Shown one piece after another: positions 36,113 to 46,919 of a stretch of 64,000 nucleotides of DNA. Every line of letters starts with the position of its first letter. The stretch's first letter is position 1. Source of the DNA: Vicugna vicugna (Eukaryota); the NCBI GenBank assembly GCA_013265495.1, contig MU057398.1:124001-188000 (forward strand). The letters run 5' to 3'. Position numbers and translations under genes: made by a program. Under the pieces are notes generated by a model, which did not search any database, was not told the DNA's origin, and saw nothing but the letters and a program-made list of their open reading frames with translations.

Positions 36113-39100
36113 GAATCTATTCTCCAATTCTCCCTTGATGGGAGGAGGGCTCTCAGCTATGCAGTTATAAGGCGCTTTGAGGGATGAAGGGCATGGCTTC
36201 GGCATCCTCCAGGCTGCCAGTTTGAGTCCTGACTCGTGAGGGGCTGTGTGTTCTTGGGGGCAAGATGTGTGGAGAGTGGCCCATGTGGAAGGGGAGGACA
36301 GAAGGAGAAGGGGCAGGAGTCCCTTCCTTGCCCTCAGAATCCTGGGATTGTGCAGCTGGAAGCAACCATGATCGTCTAATGGTGCTTCTCTAGGCCCCTT
36401 CCAGTTCTCAGGTTCTAGAACTTTCTAAGGAGCCCTTATCCACCACATTGCGATGGGGAGACCAAGGCCCTGAGAGGGGAGGCTTACTACTGACATCACA
36501 TGGTCTGTCTGTCCAGGGCAGAGCTGGGAGCCCAAAAGCCTTCCAGCAACCCCCAGGCTACATCTCTGGTTCCTGGAAAATCCCGACACCCCTCCCACCC
36601 TGTGCTCCAGACACCAGGCTCAGGGTTAGTGTTGGCCAGGGGCCCTGCCTGTCTCAGCCCAAGTCCACGAGTAAGCTCCGTGTGCAAGAGGGGCGGGTGT
36701 GGGAGGGCACCTCTGGTTCTGCTGAGCCCACGACAAGCTGGCTCTGCTCTGTGGGGGTTCTTTCAAGGTCCCCACGATGGCCGAGCACCCTGAAACTGGA
36801 CACAGTAGGTGGCCAGGTGGCCGCTGGCCCCCAGTGGGGGAAGGGCAGTGATGACTGGACTCCACAGGACCTGGGGAGCTAAGAGTGCCCCAGGCCTCGC
36901 CCCTTCCTGCTTAGGTGGGTCGGAGCGAGGGTCCCTCCCTCCTCCAGGCCACTGTGCCAGAGAAACCTGGGAGCAGGCTTCCCCTCACCCCCAGCTCAGC
37001 TAATGGGAACCAGATGACAGGATGTTTAGTCAGCGCCTGGGGAGCGGCGCGAACAGGGGAAATGGGTTGGGGGCCAGAATTCCAGAATCCATCCCCAGGC
37101 AGGGGGAGGGTTAGAGCTGGGGCTCCCACCACAGTTGTCTCTAGGGACCCACTTCAGGCGGGGTCCTACCCCCTCCTCCAGGGATGCCTGGACCAGGAGG
37201 CAGGAGACAGGAGACAGGAGGCCTGGCCTCTGGCATCTGCCTCAGGCCAGCCCTACCCCCTCTCAGTTCCTTCCCTGTCCTGGGGGCGGGGGTTTGTTCT
37301 CAGTCTTCCAGAATCCCTGGGCAAACCCCAGCCTCCCGTGCCTAAGTGCTCCCCCGCTCCCAGCTTGGCAAACCATTAGCCCAGGCCATCCTGTGTCACC
37401 CAAGGGCACACGGGCATATGGCGGATATATCCTTGGCTCCCAGGGTACTTGCTCACGCTCACTTTGCAGACCATCGCTGTCTGTGTGTGGCACAGTCCCA
37501 AATTCAGGCTTAAACCGGAGCACTGGACAAGACAGAGGAGGGGACTGCCAGTGGACCCTGTGTGGCTCACGTGGGACTGTTAGCTGGCACGGAGGCTCCG
37601 GGAAGGCGGTGACTCCTGTGTCTCTGCTGTACCCCAGGCGCAGTACATCTGATACTCGGGACTAAGGCTGTTCCCCGGGCCCAAGTGGGTCAATGCTGAG
37701 GACTCTGACAAAGACCTGCTTGAGGGGTACTCTGTGCCCTACCCCCACGCCCTTACACACTCCTCTGTGGCCCCAAACAGAGACCTTGAACCCCAGGTGG
37801 CTATGGGAAACTCCTCCACAGTCCTTCCTGGCCCTGCTCCCCCCCCACTTTCCCCTCCACCCAAGCCTTGCCCACAATTAACTCATTTTTTAAGATCGCT
37901 TCCAAACATAAGTCAATGCTGGACAGAGCTGTAGGAAAAGCTTCCTCAAGGCTGGCCCCAAAGAGCCATGTGGTGAGACCCGGCCTCCTTGCCAGTCCCC
38001 GCCTGCCCTCGGCTCCCACAGCTGGGTCTGGGGCTGGGGCCATCTGAGGGCGGGCCCAGGGGCCTGTGGTCAGACACCCCTTCTTTGCCTCTTGCTCCAG
38101 CCCACGGCCCTGCTCTTGAGCCCTCTCCTGACCCACAGGTGCCTCTCGGCCAGAGAGGGCGCGCGTGAGGCGTAGGGAAGCAATGACACTGGTCACTCCA
38201 AGACCTGGAACTCTCTGCCGAGAAGCCTGGAGGGAACTGTGAGATGGCCTCCGCCAGGCTACTACTGCCAGGCCACTCCAGGCCAGTGGTCCCTGAAGAA
38301 CCCGGCAGTCCCAATGCACACACACTCCAGTGTGAGGTGGGGACATAGCAGGGGTGGGAGTCAGCGGGATGTATACCCGCTCACCATTTTAGAGGGGAAA
38401 GTGGAGGCCTGGAGGGAAGGTAGGGAGCCAGTAGAAGGATCCAGAGCTGAACTGCCTACTCCAGCCCCATCTGAGGCAGGAGGTCCATACCCAGGTGGCA
38501 CTGGGGCCCCAAGGGCTGGGGTCTCTGCTTGACACATGTTCTGTTTCTTCTGGAGTAGGGAGGCCTCGGCACTGGCGCCCACAGAGGAAGCCCACAGGCT
38601 TGGCAGGTTCCAGGGGAGCCAGCGCCGCCATTGTCCGGGTGGCCCTGTCACCTGTCCCTTCTCCCAAGGACCCAGGAGGCTCTGGGGCCTGCTGCTGGCG
38701 AGGCCTGGCCCCTCTCCTCTCCCGGCCGTGGAGGTAGGACCTGGCAGCCTGGGGTGGGCAGCCTGCTCTGTGGTGGGCCTCACAGGTCCACTGTGTGTGG
38801 AGACAGAAGCCCCATTCATGGGGGCCACTGGGCCAGGGCCAGTGGAGAATAAACGCAGGCCTCACAGAAAAAACGAGAGCTCTTGGGTCCAAGAAAAAAA
38901 TCAGTCTCTCTTTCTCCTCAGGTGGGAGCAGGGGACTTTGAGCGGAGTCAGGGGCAAGGCCTGGGGAGGTATTTGTTGGAGGGGAGCCTTCCTGAGGGAG
39001 GGCTGGGTGGGTGGCGGAGGCTCCCAGCGCTGCAGCTCAGGGAGCAGGGCTGTCGCTCCCTCAGCCCGCTGGTGTTCCATCCTGCCGCTGTGGCTCCCAC

Positions 39101-39154
39101 CTCTCCCAGCTATTCACCCCCTCCGCCAGCCCAGGCAGCCTGCACACAGCGGCC

Positions 39155-39321
39155 ATGAAGAGTGTGCTGCTCCCCGTCCTGGCTCTCTGGGTGGGGTGCT
39201 GCCCTGGAGGGGCCCTGGCCAAGCAGGGGCTGAGCCTGAGAGACCCCAGGCCCCGGCCATCCTCCTCGGGTTTGCCCACCCTGCAGCCGCCGCCGCCCAG
39301 CCCGCCGGGCCCCCCCCCATG
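39155..39321 (+). CDS. ECMX: ECM2-like gene coding exon 1: signal peptide MKSVLLPVLALWVGCCPGGALA plus Pro-rich stretch; gene spans 39155-46702
   Basis: gccATG; hydrophobic N-terminus ending in A-L-A; strong donor ATG|GTGAGT; phase 2 as assembled, with a C9 run at 39310-39318. Confidence 0.75.
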
Positions 39322-40572
39322 GTGAGTAGGTTGCACCAGCAGGAAGAGGCTGGTGGGAGGGGAACAGCCTGGGGCTGGGCCAGAGGGAGAGAAAGCTGGT
39401 CATCCTGAGGCTGCCCACCGATACCCATGTCGGTTGCTCAGGTCAGGGCTGGGAGGGATCCACAGGCCTCAGGGAACCCTTTCCAGAGGGTGAGGGGGTA
39501 TTGCAGACTCGGAGGCTTCGTGCTCATTGCCTAGGGTAGGAGCAGGGGAGGGGAGAAGCTCCCCTAGGAGGGGCTGCCTCAGCTGGGGCTGGAAGAACAG
39601 ATCCAGGTTTGCTGGCTGCCCTAAGGCCTACTGAGGGGACCCAGAGATGCGTGGGAGACCGGAAGTCGGGGCCTGGGGCTGCGGTTGGGTGAGGTGGCAC
39701 AAGTGGCTCCAGGAGAATGGCTACAGGGTCACCCTGGTCTCAAATGCCTTTGGTTAACAGCATGCATGGTGGCCCCGCCCCAGGCCCAGGGTTGGAGTGG
39801 GAGGGGCCAGTGGGTGGGCCTGGGTGAGGTGATCCCCCACCCGCTGCAGACAGCAGGACCTGCAGGGAAGGCCCACCGTTAGTGCTGATTGAGGAAGGGT
39901 ACCATGCAGAGGAGGCCAGGCCCTGGAGCTATCACCCCTCCTTGGCCGTTGCTGACAGCCCCTCAAGGTGACCCCTGGGCTCAACTCGACCCCAGTAGCC
40001 TCATCTCCCTGCAGGCACTGGGGCTTCCACCTCCAAAAGCAAACTGTGCCAGGTGGCAGGGACCCCTTCGTCTCCCCAGAGGCTTCCCCAACCCCTTCCT
40101 GCCCAGGAAGAATACACCGGGGACTGGGAGGCACAGGAGCAGGCCCAGCCCCCTCCATCTAGGGCCACTGAAGCGCTCCTGGACCCACCCTTGTGAACCA
40201 GGAACCTGCCTGTGCCCTGTCACAATGAGCCTAGAAGGTCCCCAGAAGTTCTGAGAGGCAAGCAGGGTGACTCCGCATGCTTCTGGCATTGAGCAGCCCC
40301 CTGTTCTCCCTTTCTGGCGCTCGGGGTCTCCCACTCTGGAGCCATGAAAAAGCAGGGCAGAGACCAGGGACTCTCTGACACTTGGTGACCTCAGGGGTCA
40401 GTAACAGAAGGCTCCTGAGGAGAGAAGAAAGAGGCAGAAGTGAGGTCTGGGCAAAGAGGCAAGGAGGGAGGTGGGCCAGCCTACGGCTGATCCCCCCACT
40501 CAGGATGGAGGTGCTGTCTTTTAGCCGTGAGGGGATCCCAGTCACCCCAGCCCACATTGGCTCCTTCTGCAG

Positions 40573-40998
40573 GTCAAGTTCGGCCCATCCCCGAGAGCGA
40601 CGGCCCGGACAAGCCTGAGGACAGGCAGCTGGACGGATCACAGTCGCAGCTCACCTCCAAGGAGGGAGTCCACAGAGCCCCCACCCGGTTCCCAGCCCCC
40701 AGTTGGAAGGCCCCTGCCAGGCCAAGGCTGGCCCAGAGGAAGGCGACACCATCAGCTGCCTGGGAGCAGGAGTGGGGTCCCAACAACAGGCCAGGCACCG
40801 TGCAGGTTGATCCCCAGGCCACAGCAGCACCTGGGGCTGGGGCAGCGAGGCCCAAAGCTGCCAAGCTCAGGCCCTTGCAGACCAGCAGGGCTCCCCGAGC
40901 ACAGGAAGGGGCAGTGGCCACCAAGGAGGGCCATGACAGGAAGGCAGGAGGCTGGGAAGCCAGGGAAAGGGGCCCAAAGCCCGGGAGGCCCCCCAAAG
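40573..40998 (+). CDS. ECMX: ECM2-like gene coding exon 2: Pro/Arg/Ala-rich linker QVRPIPESDGPDK...RPPK
   Basis: Acceptor ctccttctgcag, donor AAG|GTGAGG, 426 nt open, phase 1-1, joins exon 3 in frame. Confidence 0.55.
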
Positions 40999-41538
40999 GT
41001 GAGGACTGGCTGGGGCAGGCGGCCCCCAGATAGGGCCTGCAATGGGTAATGGGGCCATACTCGAGTCTGAAGGGGCCAAGGCGTGTGCCAACCTCCACCA
41101 GTCAGCAGCCACTGAGACCCCACCCTGCTCTCCATGTGCCCAGGCTGAGCACCCCCACGTGCCTGGCACGAGGGGAATCTTCAAGGATAGATCCCCTTCC
41201 CCCTGCTTAGGGTCCCAATTTGGACCTAGTCTTTGCTCTTGGTGCCAAAGGAAAGGGGTCAAACCCAGTGGCCTGTTGTTCCAGCTCAGCTGGCCGGGTC
41301 ACCAGCAGGTCCAGGGAGCCCAGGCAAGCCCCTGCCCCTCAGTGGGCTCCTGCTGCTACGTGACCAGGCTGGGGTCTCGGCTCTCGTCCCCCAGAGGCCT
41401 CCCACCAACCTGACCTGGGCAGCTGGCGTCAAAAGAAGGTTCAAAGCCAAGGCCAAGGTGGCAGCCACACCTCAGAGACTACAGGTCATGGACGGAAAAG
41501 GCCTGGAAGCAAGCGAGGACACAGCCATGGTTTTGCAG

Positions 41539-41679
41539 ACCTGGGCACTGCGGAACAGCCCACGCCGTCCCTGCCAGCCTCCTGCCTCCTGGCCCAGGCG
41601 GCCATTGCCTGTGGCAACGTCAAGATGAAGCATGTCCCTGCCCTGTCCGACCCCAGCCTGACCACGCTCTACTTGGCAG
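41539..41679 (+). CDS. ECMX: ECM2-like gene exon 3: LRR N-cap SLPASCLLAQAAIACGNVKMKHVPALSDPSLTTLYLA
   Basis: Acceptor ttttgcag (5' end less certain), donor CAG|GTGGGT; C-x8-C cap as in recalled ECM2. Confidence 0.85.
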
Positions 41680-41912
41680 GTGGGTGGCCCCTCTTCCCTG
41701 CACCCATTCCTGCAGCAGAGGTGAAAAGGCCCCCCTTGAGTGGGTCCTCGGCCACCCCACCGTGCCTGGGGATGGCTCACCTCCCATTGGGTCCAGGTTG
41801 GCAGTGAGAAGAGGCCCTGACCTGCTGCCCCTGGCCCATGTGGGGAAGTACAGAGTGACAGAGGGGAGGGGGATGGAGGGGCACGGAAAATGGCTTCCCC
41901 ATGTGTGCACAG

Positions 41913-42028
41913 AGAATGAAATTGCCAAGATCCCGGCCCACACGTTCCTGGGACTGCCCAATCTGGAGTGGCTGGACTTGAGCAAGAACAAGCTGGATGC
42001 CCGCGGCCTGCACCCTCATGCCTTCAAG
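41913..42028 (+). CDS. ECMX: ECM2-like gene exon 4: ENEIAKIPAHTFLGLPNLEWLDLSKNKLDARGLHPHAFK
   Basis: AG/GT, 116 nt, phase 1-0; LRR motif; resembles recalled ECM2 GLPNLERLDLSKN. Confidence 0.92.
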
Positions 42029-42420
42029 GTGCGCCCCAGGCCCTCCACCCCCCCTCTCCCAGGGGGCTGGGCCAGGAGCGGGGCCAGCAGTTCCCATGGT
42101 TCCAGGCAACCACTACTCCTCTCCCCACTCGGCCTGGGCGCTGTGCAGAAATCCAGCACGGGGCCAGGGGGCTGGGGGCTTCAACGATTTGGAGTGACAT
42201 GGTCTACAGCTGGGAACACAGGGAACAACACAGATCCTTGAGCCCCACAAGGGATCAGCACTCTTAGGAGAAACCGAGCGGAGTTCCAGAAACCCCCAGA
42301 CAGGCCTGGTCCAAGAGGGAACTAGGAAACCACGATGCTACTAAATGGAGGTGACCCTGGGCAGGATGAGCCTGGCCCCAGCCAGCAAAACCCCAGCCCC
42401 CAAAAAAACCGCCACTCCAG

Positions 42421-42553
42421 ACTCTGACCAGACTGAAGCGGCTGAACCTAGATGGGAACTCGCTGTCCACGGTGCCGGCCTTGCCCACCTCCTTGCAGGA
42501 GCTCAAACTCAATGACAACCTTCTGCAGGGCCTACAGAGCAGCAGTTTTCGGG
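42421..42553 (+). CDS. ECMX: ECM2-like gene exon 5: TLTRLKRLNLDGNSLSTVPALPTSLQELKLNDNLLQGLQSSSFR
   Basis: AG/GT, 133 nt, phase 0-1; two LRRs. Confidence 0.9.
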
Positions 42554-42764
42554 GTGCGGGCAGGCTCCGGGGGGCAGGGGCTGAAGGGGCTTGCCAGGGA
42601 AGCCAAGGAAAGGTGCGGGCGAGGGGAAGGTCTGCCCAGGGCAGCCAGGCTGGAGGGCAGAGGAGGGAGCATCTGCTCTGGGAAGTGGCACCGGCCTCTA
42701 GAGCCAGGGGGTCTCTGGAGCTCAGCAGGCAGCTCACGCGCCCCTCTGCCATCTGGCCCTGCAG

Positions 42765-42922
42765 GGCTCGGCCAGCTGCTGACGCTGGAGGTGGAAGGGA
42801 ACCAGCTGCATGACGGGGACATCTCCCCGCAGGCCTTCCAGCCCCTGCACAGCCTGCTCTACCTGAGGCTGGGACGGAACCAGCTGCGGACCATCCCTCC
42901 TGGCCTGCCAGCCTCCCTGCAG
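42765..42922 (+). CDS. ECMX: ECM2-like gene exon 6: GLGQLLTLEVEGNQLHDGDISPQAFQPLHSLLYLRLGRNQLRTIPPGLPASLQ
   Basis: AG/GT, 158 nt, phase 1-0; two LRRs. Confidence 0.92.
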
Positions 42923-43408
42923 GTGAGCTGGGAACCCCAAGGCCATGAGAGGCAATGCTGTGGCCGAAAGACCTGAGAATCTGCCACCACCGGCCCAGCA
43001 GGCAGGTAGAGCTACCCATGGGGTTGAGGTGGGGGTGGGGGTTGATGATAAACCCACAAGGCCTTAACTCCAAAGAGCCTTTCCTCTACCTGACCTAACC
43101 TTCTGGAAGCCCAAAATTAAGCCTCGAGGACTGTCCTGGACCTGCTGGATGTCCCTGAGCAAGGCCCATGCCCTCTCTGGGCCGCATGATCTCCCTGTGC
43201 TTGGCGGTGCTCCCTGAGGCTGTCTTGTGCCACTGGGATCCTTTGCACGGTCGGCCAGGGCCCTGAGAGGGGCAGAGACGGTGGCATCTGAAGTCCCACG
43301 GGTGAGACCTAGTAGAAAGGGGCAGGGAGCGGGACTAGGCAGAGCAGGAACCCAGCCAGGCCACGAGTGAGTAGAGGGTGGGCCCCTCACCCCAAGCCCT
43401 GGCCCTAG

Positions 43409-43548
43409 GAGCTGCACTTGGGCACCAACGTCATCGAGGAGGTGACAGAGGGCGCACTGAACCGTAGCCACAGCCTCAGCGTGCTGGTACTCAGTAACAA
43501 CCGGCTCCAGGAGGACCAGCTGGCACCCCGCGCTTGGATCAATCTTCC
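43409..43548 (+). CDS. ECMX: ECM2-like gene exon 7: ELHLGTNVIEEVTEGALNRSHSLSVLVLSNNRLQEDQLAPRAWINL
   Basis: AG/GT, 140 nt, phase 0-2; LRRs and an N-glycosylation sequon NRS; missed by the ORF track. Confidence 0.92.
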
Positions 43549-43966
43549 GTGAGTGCCGCCATCCACCCTGGCCTGGCCTGGCCTGAGCTTCACCCACTCG
43601 GGCACTTGGAGTCCAGAAAGGGAGGATGCTCCTCAGGGAAGCCAGAGAGTCAGGAGCAAGGGCAGAGAGGGCTGGGAGAGGGGGCTCTGCTGCCTAGGCC
43701 TGGCCTCTGGTGGCCTGGGCCCTCAGACACCACTTGTTCCTTCAAGGTTTCCCTCTGTCCCTCCTGCCAGACAGAATCCCCAAGGCCACAGAAACCCCCT
43801 CCCCTGCCATGCCTGGATTTGCCCTGCAGGCAGCCAGGAAGCTCCTCTTGGATTGCTTAGATGGAGGGGCAGCCTGAGTGGTGAGAGCTGGCCCCGTGCT
43901 AGGTTTAGCTAGGAAGCAACAGGGGCAGGAATGGACATGGGGGAGATGGCGGCCGTGGGAAAGACA

Positions 43967-44409
43967 TATGTGAGTTTCCTGGGGCAGAGGTAACAAAGCA
44001 CCATGAAGAGGGCAGCTTAAAACAACAGAGATTTATTTTCTCACAGTTCTGGTGGCCAGAGGTCCAAAATCAAGGTGTCCCAGGGCCATGGTCCCTCTGC
44101 AGGCTCTAGGGGAGAGTCCTTCCTGCCTCTTCCAGCTTCTGGTGGCTCCAAGTGTCCCCGGGCTTGTGGCTGCATCCCTCCTGTCTCTGCCCTTGTCTTC
44201 ATGTGGCTTCCCCTCTGTGTCTGTGTCTCTCCTCTTCTGTCTCTTATAAAGACTCTTGTCTTTGCATTACTGCCCACCCCAAACCAGGATGATATCATTT
44301 CAAGATCCTTCACTTACTTACGTCTACAAAGACCTTTTTGCCAAATGAGGTCACATTCACAGGTTCTGGGTAGACATATCCTTGGGGCGCCGCTATTCAC
44401 CCCACTACA
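43967..44409 (-). mobile_element. MLT1-type MaLR solo LTR in ECM2-like intron 7
   Basis: gcttaaaacaacagagatttattttctcacagttctgg...ccaaaatcaaggtgtc...gaggtcacattcacaggttctggg...cccactaca. Confidence 0.88.
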
Positions 44410-45662
44410 GGAAGGGTCCAGGATGAGTCTCCATGATCTGGTTTGGACAGCTAAGTCGGGGCACTGACAGAAGGGGTCCAGGAGGAAACAGGGCCCTTGC
44501 AGGCACTGCCTAAGGAGTCAGGATGTGATCCTGGGAGCAGCGGGAGGGCTGGGGAGGTACAATCCATGGGGTCTCAAGATCACTGAGGCGGGGTAGGGGT
44601 GGGGCTGCAGGGGGAGTCAGGGGTTGACAGTCTGACCTGCCATTCCAGGGACCAGAGTCTCCCGCCCTGCATCCTAGTGTTCCAGGAAAAAGTTACCAGG
44701 ACGTTTGGGTTTAATTATTCTTTTTTCCTCTCCCCCTCTTGCCAAGGGGGCAAAGGAAAGCAGACGGCAGCCTAGGGAGGGGCCCGCCCAGCCGCTGTTC
44801 CACTCTCGCCGCGGGGCCTGGGCAGGGGGCTGGCGGCCAGTCAAGGCCTAGCCGGGCGGCGCCTCACTTTTCTCTGGCTGGTGGATGGGGAGGGGGCTGC
44901 TGACTTGGCAGGCTTGGGAGGCACCAGAGCCCCCACTCCTGTGGACTGAGGACGGTGTGAACCCCAAAGCCAAAGGGCTGACCCACTCACAGGGGTAGGG
45001 ATGTTAATGAGAGAAGCCACTTTCCCGGCTCTGACTTGTTCTGGAAGCACCACCACCATCTGCTCCCAGTTCCCTCTGCCCAGCCCCTGCCCACGCCCAC
45101 CATGCAGCAACCTGGGTTCACGGCCGGCCTCCCTCAGGGTCCCCCAGCCCTGATCCCCGGGAGCTTCATTTTCTTCTCCCTCCTCGTCTGGTTTCAACTT
45201 GTCTTCGGCCTGGGTGAGGCAGGAAGAGGACGAGGGAGTAGGGGCAAGAGCAGAGGATTGTGAGGCCAGGAAGGGCAGAGCGGAGGCAGGCCTGGGTGGG
45301 GCAGCCAGGGACAGCTCTCTCCCCGGACCACAGCCTCTTTCCTCGTGCTTCTTTTGTCAGCTGTGAGTTTAGGAGGGAGAGAAAGGAGTGGGAGCGGGTC
45401 TGCCATGTCCACACCGAGGGCCAGCCTCATTAGCCTTGTGGTGAGAAAGAGAGGCCACCCTAGATCCCCTCTTCCCAGCCTCAGCAGACAGAGGAGGACA
45501 CAGAAGCCAGACAGGGCCTGACCCTTGTCAGCTCGTGGGAGCCCTGGTGGCCACTCTCTTCTCCGATGTGGACCAGGGACTCCAATTTAGGGCTCCAGCT
45601 GTGGCTGTGGTCCCTGTCAGGCGCCATGAGCTCACCCTGTGCTCGTGCGCCCCGGCCCACAG

Positions 45663-45989
45663 GAAGCTGGAGGCCCTCGACCTGTCCCACAACCAACTGG
45701 TGTACGTGCCCTCCTTCCTGCCCCGGGGCCTCCGCCACCTGACGCTGCACCACAACTGCATCGAGCGCATCCCTGGCTACGTGTTTGCGCACATGAAGCC
45801 GGGCCTGGAGCGCCTACACCTGTCTCACAACAGCCTGCGCGCCGATGGCATCCACGATGTGTCCTTCCTGGGCCTGCGAGCCTCCCTGGCCGAGCTGCTG
45901 CTGGACCATAACCAGCTGCAGGCCATCCCTCGAGGCCTCCTGGGCCTCAGGGCGCTGCAGGTGTTGCGCCTGAGTCACAACAAGACCAG
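45663..45989 (+). CDS. ECMX: ECM2-like gene exon 8: KLEALDLSHNQLVYVPSFLPRGLRHLTLHHNCIERIPGYVFAHMKPGLERLHLSHN...LQVLRLSHNKT
   Basis: AG/GT, 327 nt, phase 2-2; five LRRs; IPGYVFxHMxPGLE resembles recalled ECM2. Confidence 0.93.
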
Positions 45990-46509
45990 GTAGGGTCACC
46001 CACCTGCCTCCCCCAACCCCAGCCCCATCCCCACCACTGGCCGGGGAGGAAACGCAGCCAAGGCCCAGAGGCCTGGCCTGGTATGTGGGCCAGGTGGGCT
46101 AGCCGGTGGGCTCGTCACCCAAGAGCCTCAGAGGCTGAGGGCGGGGCTGTGGGGGTACCCCTTCACCACCCGCATCTACCCATCCTGGTGGCCATGTTGG
46201 GAGGCTGTGCCCAGTGGCTGGCAGGCCTGGGCAGCCAAGGTGGAGGGCTGCAGACAGCAGAATCTGGGCAGGGGGTGGGCAGGGGGGAGATGGGAGGGCT
46301 CTGGCCCAGAGCAACAAGGGCTGAGCCCTGAGTGCAGAGGTGGCAGGTGGTGGCAGCAACCCTCCAGACCCTCCACCCTGGGTCTGGTATCTGCACCTTG
46401 GTCTCACCACCCACTCACTGTCAGGCCCTCTCTTTCTCTTACATGATGCTTGATTCCTCTTTCTGGAGTCTTGGCTCCTTTGCTCCGCCCTGCCACCCCC
46501 ACTCCACAG

Positions 46510-46702
46510 ACATGTGCCCCTGAATTCCATCTGTGACACACGCGTGGCCCAGGACTCCAACCTCATCTCCACGCACCTGGAGAACAACCTTATCGACCGG
46601 CGCCACATCCCCCCCAATGCCTTCTCCTGCATCCGGGCCTACCACAGTGTGGTCCTACAGCACCAGCAGGGGGAGGAGGAGGGGGAGGCAGAGGGTGCCT
46701 AG
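46510..46702 (+). CDS. ECMX: ECM2-like gene last exon: HVPLNSICDTRVAQDSNLISTHLENNLIDRRHIPPNAFSCIRAYHSVVLQHQQGEEEGEAEGA*
   Basis: Phase 2 acceptor; SLRP C-terminal Cys pair; resembles recalled ECM2 end (DSNLEHLHLENN...FSCIRSYSSIVL); TAG 46700-46702. Confidence 0.92.
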
Positions 46703-46913
46703 CCCCCAAAAGCCAACCTTCCCCACCCCCTGTTCCTTGGGGACTGGTAGGGGGAGGAGGGCCCAAGCTCAGCTCCATTTGATCTTTGCATCACTGGGAG
46801 AAAGATCTAGAAGACCCTGCTGCTTCAGATGTGCCTACATCCCACTGACTGCTGAGATCCCTTCACTTAGTAAATGACCCAGCCGGATGTGGTGCTGGTT
46901 TGGACTTGAGCAT

Positions 46914-46919
46914 AATAAA
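46914..46919 (+). terminator. PolyA signal AATAAA of the ECM2-like gene
   Basis: AATAAA about 210 nt after the stop. Confidence 0.7.

Noticed and set aside
38536..39408. 290-aa plus-strand ORF overlapping ECMX exon 1
   Set aside because: Different frame from the signal peptide, crosses splice sites, no homology recognised
42264..43597. Minus-strand ORFs of 269 and 177 aa
   Set aside because: Antisense shadows of ECMX LRR exons
41539..46702. LRR exons as BGN itself or as true ECM2
   Set aside because: They lack the class I C-x3-C-x-C-x6-C cap of biglycan and end before BGN exon 1; true ECM2 has vWC and acidic domains and neighbours ASPN
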